A DNA stretch of 15,554 bases from the NCBI GenBank assembly GCA_963813155.1, contig CAWEYG010000009.1, forward strand, positions 1 through 15,554, read 5' to 3'. Both the position numbers and the translations under genes were made by a program. Each line of letters starts with the position of its first letter. Positions within the stretch are counted from its first letter, which is position 1. This DNA comes from an uncultured Acidobacteriota bacterium. Its GTDB lineage: Bacteria > Acidobacteriota > Thermoanaerobaculia > UBA5066 > DATFVB01. Under the pieces are notes generated by a model. It worked only from the letters and a program-made list of their open reading frames with translations. It had not been told where the DNA came from and searched no databases. Of this stretch, positions 1 through 11,263 are shown in pieces.

Positions 1-324
1 TCGCCGCTGACCAGCACTTCCCTCGCGAGAGACGCTGCGGTGGTCGTTTATGTCCTCGTCTCCCTCGCAGCAACCGGCCTGGCTTTACTCAATGCCGTCA
101 AGCTTGCGATCGTGCGCTTGCCTCCAGGGCGTTTCTATTTCAGCGCCAGCGTCCTGATCATCGCTTCTCTCGTGAATCTTGCCGCCCAGATCGGCATGTC
201 GGCGGTCTCGCTGCCCCATTTGCGGCGAGGGCCCCTCGAGCGCAAGGGACTCTGGGCGATCGGTCTTGCCCTCTTCGGGGTTCTGGTCTTTCCCGTCTAT
301 TACGTCCTGTTCATGCGGACATGA
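1..324 (+). CDS. Small membrane protein, possibly 5'-truncated; C-terminus resembles a PLDc N-terminal-type membrane hairpin
   Basis: Frame is open from base 1 (GTG at 40 is the first start codon). It has three hydrophobic segments, the last being KGLWAIGLALFGVLVFPVYYVLF. Its TGA overlaps the next ATG (ATGA, 321-324). Confidence 0.55.
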   Translation, partial: SPLTSTSLARDAAVVVYVLVSLAATGLALLNAVKLAIVRLPPGRFYFSASVLIIASLVNLAAQIGMSAVSLPHLRRGPLERKGLWAIGLALFGVLVFPVYYVLFMRT

Positions 325-761
325 ACGAATCCGGACCGCTTGGCGGTCTGGATGCGCCGAAAGTGAAGGACGCTCGAGGCGTTCGCGTTTCCGACGCCCG
401 GAAGCTGCTCCTGAAGCTCGACGGCGTCGTCGAAGGCACGTCCTACCGGATGCCCTCGTTCCTCGTGAACGGCCGGTTCTTCGCTCGATTCCGCGACGAC
501 GACACGGTCCTCGTCCTGCAGCTCAAGGCGATCGCCGACCGGGACGTTCTGATGGAGATCGATCCGCAGGCGTTCTTTTTCACCGAGCACTACCGGAACT
601 ACCCCGCCGTTCTCATCCGGCTCGCCGAAGTCCGGCGGCCGCTGCTCGAAGATGTCGTCAAGGAAGCGTGGCGGCACGTCTCGACGCTTCCTGCTGCCCG
701 GCCGCGACCGAAACCGGCGCGGCCCCGTGCCCGGAAGCCGCGAAAGCCGAAGCTGAACTAG
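321..761 (+). CDS. MmcQ/YjbR family protein
   Basis: Family-like motifs EGTSYRMPSFLVNGRFFARF and DPQAFFFTEHYRNYPAVLIRL...VKEAW; Arg/Lys/Pro-rich tail. Alternative GTG start at 363. Confidence 0.8.
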   Translation: MNESGPLGGLDAPKVKDARGVRVSDARKLLLKLDGVVEGTSYRMPSFLVNGRFFARFRDDDTVLVLQLKAIADRDVLMEIDPQAFFFTEHYRNYPAVLIRLAEVRRPLLEDVVKEAWRHVSTLPAARPRPKPARPRARKPRKPKLN

Positions 762-2665
762 CGGCCTGTTCTCATCTCCGCCCGACTTTCAGCGGGATCC
801 GGGGTTGGCGCGGGCGCGAGGCAGCCGCCCCTCCTCGTCGCGCAGCCGCCCGTGGGCGCGGCCTCCCAGTTCGCCGCGAGGGCCGCCGCGTCCAGCGAGC
901 CGAGTCCCGTCGTCTGGTCGTAGCCCGCGCCGGAGGAATAGCCGGTGACTCCCGGAACGCTGTTGTCGCCTTCGACGACGTCGTGGAAGACGGCAGTTCC
1001 CCCGTGCGCAAACTGGTTCGCGCCGAGGCGGTAGAGGTTCGGGTTGATGTTGCCCTGGCGCTTGCCCGTCTTCTGGACGATCAGCGCCATGATGCCCGCC
1101 ATCGAAGGCGTCGAGACGGACGTTCCCTCCGCCCCGGAGAGGCCGGACGAAGAGGCGGACGCGCCCTGGACGATGAGGTACGGAACGCTGCCGGCCGCCG
1201 CGAACGAGATGTCCGGCACCTGTCGCCGGCTGCCGGCGGCGATGCCGGGAACCCCCTGCTGCCAGGTGGGCTGCGAAACGAGCGTGCTCGTGCCGCCGCC
1301 GGTCGACCACAGGCCCGAACCGCCGGGCGTCTTTCCGCTTTCGTTCCACGCGGCTTCGGGAATGTAGGACAGCGCGGAGCCGAGCCGCGAGTCGCTGGAG
1401 TCGGCCCAGTACCGGCTCGGGTCGCCGTGGTCGTCGAACTGCGTGCCGCCGACGCAGACGTCGTTGGCCGTCGTGCACAGTCCCGACACGGCCCTTCCCG
1501 ACCCCTCGGCGTCCTCGGCGGTGCTGCAGGCGGATGCGCCGCTGTCCATGGACGCGACGAACACGGTCATTCCCTGGGCCGCGGCCTGGACCCACAGGTT
1601 CTTGTACAGCGCGCTCGCCGCGGTGCCCATCTCGGCCTCGCAGTTTCCGAAGCTGACCGACACGATCGGCGCCAGGTTCTGGTCCACGATGTATTGCGCG
1701 GACAGGTCGATCCCGTCGGTCGCAGCCGTCGAGCCGGAGATGACGAGCTTCACGGCCGCGTTCGGAGCGGTCGCCCCGGACCATTCGACGTCCAGGTCCG
1801 CCTCGAATTCCTCGTACCCGCCGAGGTTTCCGGGCGAAGGCCCATTGCGAACGATCACCGGATCGTTCGCGGGAAGGCCGAACAGTTTCCGAAAAGCCGA
1901 GACGTCCGCGACGGAGATCTCGGTCCGCCCCGCGATCGCGATCGTCACGCCGGCCGCCGTCACGCCCGCCGCGTGCAGCGGCGCGACGCCGTAGATCGTC
2001 GCGAAGTCCTCGGGCGCGAGAGCGTGATCGCCGGAGCCGCCGCCATAAGCGAGGCTTCGGGCAGCGGAGGTTCGATGGCTCATCGGCCTCCGCGAGGCGC
2101 TTCCGAGAGACGCAAGGCCGGCTACCAATCCGGCGATTTCCCGGGGCATCGTCAGGGAATCCAATCGAACGGGGCGCTCGCCCTCGGCGTTCGAGAACGT
2201 ATGGATCTTCGTTCCAAAAGCCGACTCCACTCGCGCGACCGGCCCCGAGACGTTGATCCATCCGCGTCCCCGGCCGATCTCGTCGATCGTGAGCCCCTGC
2301 TGTTCCAGCCAGGCCGCGACTTTCGCGACCTCTTCGTCGGAGATTCCGAATCGCCGCCCGAATTCCGCCGGCGCAAGCCAGCGATGATACTCGGCAGAGG
2401 CAGGGTCCTGCTGGGCTTCCAGGAAACTCTCCAGTCGCGCGTCCGCCTCCGGCGAGCGGGCCAGAACGAGGATCATCCGATCGAGCGGGGCGTCCAGGGC
2501 CGCCGGTCCGAGGTCGACGGCATCGACCGGGACGGCGATCCTCTCCGCGAGACGGACAGAGCTCCCCTTCGAAGACGGCGACGCTGCCGCAGAAGAGCGA
2601 GCGACCGCGGCGCAGGCCGCGACGACGCACAGAACGATTCTCAGCCGGGTCGGCACAGATCTCAT
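758..2665 (-). CDS. Secreted S53 (sedolisin/kumamolisin-like) serine peptidase with pro-domain, 635 aa
   Basis: Signal peptide MRSVPTRLRIVLCVVAACAAVA; pro-domain QDPASAEYHRWLAPAEFGRRFG; catalytic EADLD, oxyanion ASMDSG and nucleophile GTSVSTP; Ca-binding FHDVVEGDN...GYDQTTGLGS. SD-like AAGGGGG precedes ATG 2665, so the 2815 start is unlikely. Confidence 0.93.
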   Translation of the reverse strand: MRSVPTRLRIVLCVVAACAAVARSSAAASPSSKGSSVRLAERIAVPVDAVDLGPAALDAPLDRMILVLARSPEADARLESFLEAQQDPASAEYHRWLAPAEFGRRFGISDEEVAKVAAWLEQQGLTIDEIGRGRGWINVSGPVARVESAFGTKIHTFSNAEGERPVRLDSLTMPREIAGLVAGLASLGSASRRPMSHRTSAARSLAYGGGSGDHALAPEDFATIYGVAPLHAAGVTAAGVTIAIAGRTEISVADVSAFRKLFGLPANDPVIVRNGPSPGNLGGYEEFEADLDVEWSGATAPNAAVKLVISGSTAATDGIDLSAQYIVDQNLAPIVSVSFGNCEAEMGTAASALYKNLWVQAAAQGMTVFVASMDSGASACSTAEDAEGSGRAVSGLCTTANDVCVGGTQFDDHGDPSRYWADSSDSRLGSALSYIPEAAWNESGKTPGGSGLWSTGGGTSTLVSQPTWQQGVPGIAAGSRRQVPDISFAAAGSVPYLIVQGASASSSGLSGAEGTSVSTPSMAGIMALIVQKTGKRQGNINPNLYRLGANQFAHGGTAVFHDVVEGDNSVPGVTGYSSGAGYDQTTGLGSLDAAALAANWEAAPTGGCATRRGGCLAPAPTPDPAESRAEMRTGR

Positions 2666-2845
2666 CGGATTCCCCCTTTGCCGTTCCCGTGAAAGAGCAG
2701 GATCGGGGCCTCCGTGAATGGGCGGTCCCACGGCGGCCAACTCCCGGAGAAACCAGCAGATCGCCGGTCGGGAAGATTCAGGCGAAGGATTCGGCTCCCG
2801 CAGCGGGACAGACATTCTGGAAAGGAGACTCGAGCTTCACTCGAA

Positions 2846-2851
2846 TAGAAT
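2846..2851 (+). promoter_or_regulatory. Candidate -10 box (TAGAAT) for the SRPBCC gene
   Basis: TAGAAT lies 18 nt upstream of ATG 2870, followed by a GGGAGG SD; no clear -35. Confidence 0.4.
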
Positions 2852-2869
2852 CGAGAGCGGGAGGAAACG

Positions 2870-3313
2870 ATGCCCAACACGATCCGGCTTCACCGGGTGC
2901 TCCGGGCCACGCCCGAGAGGGTCTATCGGGCGTTCCTGGACCCCGACGCGATGGCGAAATGGCTTCCGCCGAACGGATTCACCGGCAAGGTCCACCAGAT
3001 CGACGCGAAGGTCGGCGGGACCTACAAGATGTCGTTCACGAATTTCACGAGCGGCAACAGCCACTCGTTCGGCGGGAAATACGTGGAGCTCGTGCCGAAC
3101 GAGCGCATCCGCTACACGGACCACTTCGACGACCCGAACCTCAAGGGCGAGATGCAGGCGACGATCACGCTGAAGAAGGTATCGGTCGGGACCGAGCTCC
3201 AGATCGTGCAGGAAGGCGTCCCGGACATGATCCCCGCCGAGGCCTGCTACCTCGGCTGGCAGGAATCCCTGACGCTCCTGGCGAAGCTCGTCGAGGCCGA
3301 AATCCCCGGTTAG
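2870..3313 (+). CDS. SRPBCC/AHSA1 (START-like) family protein
   Basis: Motifs LHRVLRATPERVYRAFLDPDAMAKWLPP, DAKVGGTYKMSF, YVELVPNERIRYTD and GWQESLTLLAKLVE; strong SD GGGAGG. Confidence 0.92.
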   Translation: MPNTIRLHRVLRATPERVYRAFLDPDAMAKWLPPNGFTGKVHQIDAKVGGTYKMSFTNFTSGNSHSFGGKYVELVPNERIRYTDHFDDPNLKGEMQATITLKKVSVGTELQIVQEGVPDMIPAEACYLGWQESLTLLAKLVEAEIPG

Positions 3314-3329
3314 CGCCCCGGGCCGAGGA

Positions 3330-6486
<3,157 letters not shown>

Positions 6487-6494
<8 letters not shown>

Positions 6495-8275
6495 GCGCGG
6501 CCGAGCGCCTGCCCTTCGCAGCGACCCGGGCCGGCGCCCCCTTCTTTCGGGCCGGGGGCTTTCCCTCCCCCGCTCCGTCGTAGAACGACGACAGCGCCGA
6601 CACGATCCCCCGGGCGACGGACTCCCGATACTTGCGCGTCTGGATGAGCGCGAGGTCTTCCTCGTTGTTCAGGTTGCAGACTTCCACGAGCGCTCGGGCG
6701 GGGACTTCGTTGTAGCGAATCACGGCCGGCACCCACTGGCGGCCGGAGCGGATGACGCTTTCGCGAATCGGCTGAAACGCGTGGACGGGAAGGTTGTCGT
6801 GGCGGAACGCCCCGACGATCTTCTCCGCGAGCCCCCGCGAAACTCCCTCGGCCTCGAGCCTTTCGCGGCGGGAGAACGAGACCCGCGGAGCCTGCCGGTA
6901 TTCCCGGCGCGCCTCGTAGATCGATCCGGACTTTCCGAAAGAGTCCTTCAGGTACTTCTCGCCCGGGATGTAGACCATCGCGCCGCGCACCGAGGGGTGG
7001 AGCGAGTCGGCGTGCAACGAGAGGAACACGACGTGAGCGGCGTCCCCGCCGCCCGAGATGACGGACCGGAGGAGCGAGTTCGAGAGATACCAGCGCAAGT
7101 GCACGCCGGGGACGGTGTCGTCGATGGGGTACGGCGGGCTCGTCATGACGCGGCCGCCGGAGGAAACCGAGAGCCGGTCCCGGTCCGTCGCGCCGGAAAC
7201 CGACGGATCCTCGACCGTGACGACGACGCGCGCGCGCGTGTTCTTCCGCAGGAGCGCCGCCGTGCGCATCGTGATGTCGTAGACGTAGCGCGATTCCGCG
7301 ACGCCCGACACGAGCGCGCCCGTGTCGCGGCCCCCGTGCCCCGGATCGAGGATCACGGTGACGCCCTGGAGATCCGCGGCCTTGAGTCGGTTCACGAACT
7401 GCGCCGCCTCGAGCTTCGAGTGCTCGTACGCGATCCGCTTCGGGTCGTCCGAAGAACGGTAATCCGGCAGGAGATCGTCGACGGGAATCCGGATCTCGTA
7501 CCCGACCGGTATCGCGTGCACGTTCGCGACGCCGCTTCGCTCGGCGATTTTCTGCGCCTCGGCGTTGACCTCTTCGGCGTACACGAGCCCGGTGAACCGG
7601 ACGACGACCGCCGAGTAGAGGGCTTCCCCCTTCTGGAGCCGGTACGACGCGTACGGGCCCTTCGCGTCCTTCCCGAACGAAAGCGGGGGCGGCCCCGTGA
7701 CTTCCTTCGCGACCGCCTCCGCCCGAAACACGGGCAGCAGGAGGTCGATCGGGATCTTCAGCTTCTGGCCCTTTTCGGTCTCGAGCGACGACAGGGCGTT
7801 GGCCTTCTTGATCTTTTCGTAGTTCGCGCCGTCCCCGGTGAACCACTCCGCGATCCGCCAGAGGCTCTCCGGCTCGCCGGAGAGGCCCGCGACCGTGTGC
7901 GTCCAGCCCTCCGAGGACGCGCTGTCCCCCGAAAAGAGCGCCTGCATCGCGATCTTCTTGTAGTTGCCGGACAGCAGCTCGTAAGGAACGCGGAGAAAGA
8001 TCGCCTGCCGGAGGACGTCGCTCTCCTTGTTGAGCGACAGAATCCGCGCTTTCGTGGCCGGATCCTCCGTGAAGCGGCGAACGAAGGCGTTGATACCTTC
8101 CCCGGGCAAGCGGCTTCGCGAAGAGATAGACGAGGTCTCCGCGCGCCATGCCGACCTTCAGCTCGTCCGAAATGACGACCGTTTTGGAAAATTCGGGCTC
8201 TTCCGCCGCGCCGCCCGCGACCGCGAGCGCGCAGAAGGCCAGAACGAGACTAGGCCGCGGCCGGAGGAACCGCAT
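6487..8275 (-). CDS. N-acetylmuramoyl-L-alanine amidase (Amidase_3) with signal peptide and three LysM-like modules; +1 frameshift near 8109
   Basis: Zn-amidase motifs ILDPGHGG, AESRY, FLSLHADS and LVEVCNLNN; LysM-like ESLWRIAEWFTG...IKKAN...GQKLKIP. The signal peptide MRFLRPRPSLVLAFCALAVAGGAA is in the adjacent frame starting at 8275. Confidence 0.88.
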
Positions 8276-9699
8276 CCGTGAAACGCGTCTCCCGTTCGTA
8301 AGCAGCCGCCGCGGCGAACACCGAATCGTCGCGGCCGCGGTCGGCGAGAATCTGAAGCCCGAGGGGCAGGCCCGAAGCCGCCGGGCCCGACGGCACCGAA
8401 ATCGCAGGAAGTCCCGCGAGGGAGGCCGGCGTCGTGAAGATGTCGGAGAGGTACATGGAGACCGGGTCGTCCGCTTTTTCGCCGAACCGGAACGCCGGCC
8501 CGGGAACCGTCGGCGTCACGATCAACGTCGACGCGGGAAAAGGCCTCCCGGAAATCCGCGCGCAGCAGAGCGCGGGCGCGCTCCGCCCGACGGTAATACT
8601 CGTCCGCGTATCCCGCAGAGAGAACGAAGGTCCCCAGGAGAATCCTGCGCTTGACCTCCTCGCCGAATCCGAGTGTCCGCTGTTCCGTGTAGAACTCCTC
8701 CACGGTCGGCATCTCCACTCGCGGCCCGTACCGGATCCCGTCGTAGCGGGCGAGGTTGGAGGACGCTTCGGCATTCGCGACGACGTAGTAGATCGGAATC
8801 GCGTACGGCGCGCGCGGAACGGACGCTTCCCGAACTGTCGCGCCGAGGCTTCGCAGGACGTCGACTGCGCGGGAAAAGTTCTTCTCGACCTCGGGGTCGA
8901 GCTCGCCGTTCACCGCTTCCTTCAGCACCCCGATCTTCATTCCACGGATCCCCTGCCCGACCGCGCCGACGGGATCGCCGACGGGCTCTCGAAGCGATGT
9001 GGAATCGCGAGGATCTGCGCCCGCCATGACGGCGTAGACCCTGGCGGCGTCCTCGACCGAGGTCGCGATCGGCCCGATCTGGTCCAGCGAAGAGGCGAAT
9101 GCGATCAGCCCGTATCTCGAGACCCTGCCGTAAGTGGGCTTGTAGCCCACGACTCCGCAAAGGGCCGCGGGCTGGCGCACGGAGCCGCCCGTGTCCGACC
9201 CGAGAGCCACCGGGACTTCGCGGCCCGCGACCGCGGCGGCACTCCCCCCGGACGAGCCGCCCGGCACTCGCTCGGGATCCCACGGGTTGCGAGTGAGCTG
9301 GAAGGCGGAGTTCTCCGTCGAGGAGCCCATCGCGAATTCGTCGAGGTTCGTCTTGCCCGCGACGACCGCTCCGGCGGCCTTGAGCCGCTCCACGGCCGTC
9401 GCGTCGTAGCCCGGCGAGAAGCCGCGGAGAATCTTCGACGCGCAGGTGGCCGTGTAACCCGAGACCGCCATGTTGTCCTTCACGGCGACGAGTACGCCGG
9501 CGAGCGGAAGGTCTTCCCGGGCGGCCGCCCGGCGGTCCACCTCCCGGGCGTCCGCCAGGACGCGATCCTCCTCGAACGAAAGGAACGCGCGAATGCTCGG
9601 TTCCCGTTCTGCCATGCGCGCGAGCGCCTCGCGCGCGAATTCCTCCGCGGAGTGCCGGCGCGAAGTCACTGCGGCGGCAATCTCGACGATCGAGCTCAC
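8250..9699 (-). CDS. gatA: Asp/Glu-tRNA amidotransferase subunit A; +1 frameshift near 8524 (482 aa when corrected)
   Basis: Motifs VKDN, GKTNLDEFAMGSSTENS, PGGSSGGS, GSDTGGSVRQPA, SSNLARYDGIRYG and EVKRRILLGTF. The C-terminus (TPT..AFRFGEK.DDPVSMYLSDIFT..ASLAGLPAISVP) is in the next frame. GTG start overlaps the gatC stop. Confidence 0.95.
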
Positions 9700-10007
9700 C
9701 GGGCCGGGTCCACCACTCGGGGCACGGGGACGAGGCCATGCACGAGCTGGCCGGCGTTCGCCTCGAGCTCCTGCCGGCCGGTGCCGGCCGTGGGCTCGTC
9801 CAGGCGGAGCGTCGTTTCGGGAGGCAGGGACGGTTCGGGCAGCTCGGAATCCGGAATCTCCCTCAGTTTCTGCACGTGCTCGACGATCCGCTCCATCTGC
9901 GCGCCCCAGCGCCCGAGGCTTCCGGCGTCGATCCGGAGGCGCGCCAGCCGGGCGACGCGCTGGATGCCTTCGGGGGACAGGAAGACATCTTCGGCGTCGC
10001 CTCGCAT
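9696..10007 (-). CDS. gatC: Asp/Glu-tRNA amidotransferase subunit C
   Basis: IQRVARLARL, IVEHVQKL, TLRLDEP and the C-terminal VPVPRVV; ~100 aa, directly upstream of gatA. Start is 10007 or 10016. Confidence 0.85.
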   Translation of the reverse strand: MRGDAEDVFLSPEGIQRVARLARLRIDAGSLGRWGAQMERIVEHVQKLREIPDSELPEPSLPPETTLRLDEPTAGTGRQELEANAGQLVHGLVPVPRVVDPAR

Positions 10008-10014
10008 GGCGCTC

Positions 10015-10024
10015 ATTGTAACCT
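10015..10024. promoter_or_regulatory. Candidate overlapping divergent -10 boxes: TACAAT (-) and TAACCT (+)
   Basis: ATTGTAACCT lies between gatC and the nucleotidyltransferase gene; TACAAT is 7 nt upstream of ATG 10007. Confidence 0.45.
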
Positions 10025-10053
10025 CTTCGCCGCGGAGGAAGACAATTCCGGCA

Positions 10054-11241
10054 ATGAAGAGCCTCGAGAAGATCGTTCGCGAGTTCGCGCGCCGGCGGCC
10101 CGGGAATCCGGTCTACCTCGTGGGCGGCGCCGTGCGCGACCGGTTGCTCGGGCTGCCAGTGTCCGATTTCGATTTCGCCATCGCCCGGGGCGAGGCGGAC
10201 CTCGCGCGCGAGCTCGAGCGGGCCGGCTTCGGACGGGCGGTTCGGATTTCCCCGGAGTCGTCTCCCGTTTCCGTCTGGCGTCTCGCGGGACGCGGTTTGA
10301 CCGCGGACATCGCCCGCTTCGAGAAAGACGGGTCGATCGAGGACGATCTCGCGCGGCGCGATTTCACAGCGAACGCGATCGCGCGGGACGTCGTCTCGGA
10401 GCGCCTCATCGATCCTTTCGGCGGCCGGGCAGACGTTCGTCGGAGACGAGTCCGGATGATCGCGCCGGCCAACCTCGACGCCGACCCGATCCGGATCCTT
10501 CGCGGCTACCGCCTCGCCGCCGCGCTCGGATGGACGATCGCCCCGCGAACCCGCGCGGCGCTCGCGGCGCGATCCGCGACTCTCGCGGGCGAGGCGAAAG
10601 AGCGGATTCGCGCCGAGCTCGTCCGGCTCTTCGGCGCGCGGAAAGCTTCGCGGCCGATCGCCTGGGCTTCAAGCGATGGGGTTCTCGCCGTCTGTCTCGG
10701 CCTGCCGCAAGCCTCGCCGGGAGCTCTCGCACGGTTGCTCTCCCCATTCGACGCGCCTCGCCTCGAGGAAAGTCTGCGATTTCCCTTCCGCCTGGCGACG
10801 TTGATCTTTCGTTCTGGCGCCGCTTCGAATAACGTCGGGACGGATCTCGTGAGCCGCGGCTTTTCGCGATCCGAGGCTTCCGCCGTCGCCACGGGAGGTC
10901 GCTTTCTCGCGGCCGCGTTCTCCGGCGAGACGGCAGTGCGGGTCCTCTTCGAGTTTCGCGAACAGTGGAAGGACCTCCGGGTTCTCCTTCGCCTCGCGGC
11001 GAGAAGCGCGAAAGAAAAGAAGAGGGCGCGCGCGTTCGCGGCTCGCGCCCGGCGGTGCAATTTCGGACCGATCTCCGTCGACGGGCGCGACATCGCCCGC
11101 TGGCTCGCGATTCCGCCGGGGCAACGCCTGGGCCGCGCGCTCGGCCACGCGGCCTTTCTGCATTTCACCGGCGAGGCGCGAACCCGCGCGCAGATCGAGC
11201 GGGCCGTGCGGTCGTTTGACGGGGCGCGGGCGGAGGAGTAA
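10054..11241 (+). CDS. Class II tRNA nucleotidyltransferase (CCA/poly(A) polymerase family), probably CC-adding type, 395 aa
   Basis: Motifs YLVGGAVRDRLLG..SDFDF, EDDLARRDFTANAIA, IDPFGG, DPIRILRGYR and ERIRAEL; C-terminal VDGRDI...IPPGQRLG. ATG 10054 lies within the long 8434-11241 ORF. Confidence 0.9.
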   Translation: MKSLEKIVREFARRRPGNPVYLVGGAVRDRLLGLPVSDFDFAIARGEADLARELERAGFGRAVRISPESSPVSVWRLAGRGLTADIARFEKDGSIEDDLARRDFTANAIARDVVSERLIDPFGGRADVRRRRVRMIAPANLDADPIRILRGYRLAAALGWTIAPRTRAALAARSATLAGEAKERIRAELVRLFGARKASRPIAWASSDGVLAVCLGLPQASPGALARLLSPFDAPRLEESLRFPFRLATLIFRSGAASNNVGTDLVSRGFSRSEASAVATGGRFLAAAFSGETAVRVLFEFREQWKDLRVLLRLAARSAKEKKRARAFAARARRCNFGPISVDGRDIARWLAIPPGQRLGRALGHAAFLHFTGEARTRAQIERAVRSFDGARAEE

Positions 11242-11263
11242 TCTGCCCGGAAGGGAGGGGTGC

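Noticed and set aside
179-2692. 837-aa + ORF and 613-aa - ORF (789-2630)
   Set aside because: Shadow frames of the S53 gene; Arg/Gly/Pro-rich with no motifs, typical of high-GC DNA.
8100-8530. Programmed ribosomal frameshifting in the amidase and gatA
   Set aside because: No slippery heptamer or homopolymer run; the identical T-doubling pattern favours sequencing error.
8434-10053. Apparent 540-aa N-terminal extension of the nucleotidyltransferase (935-aa ORF)
   Set aside because: It is the antisense of gatA/gatC; the real protein starts at ATG 10054.
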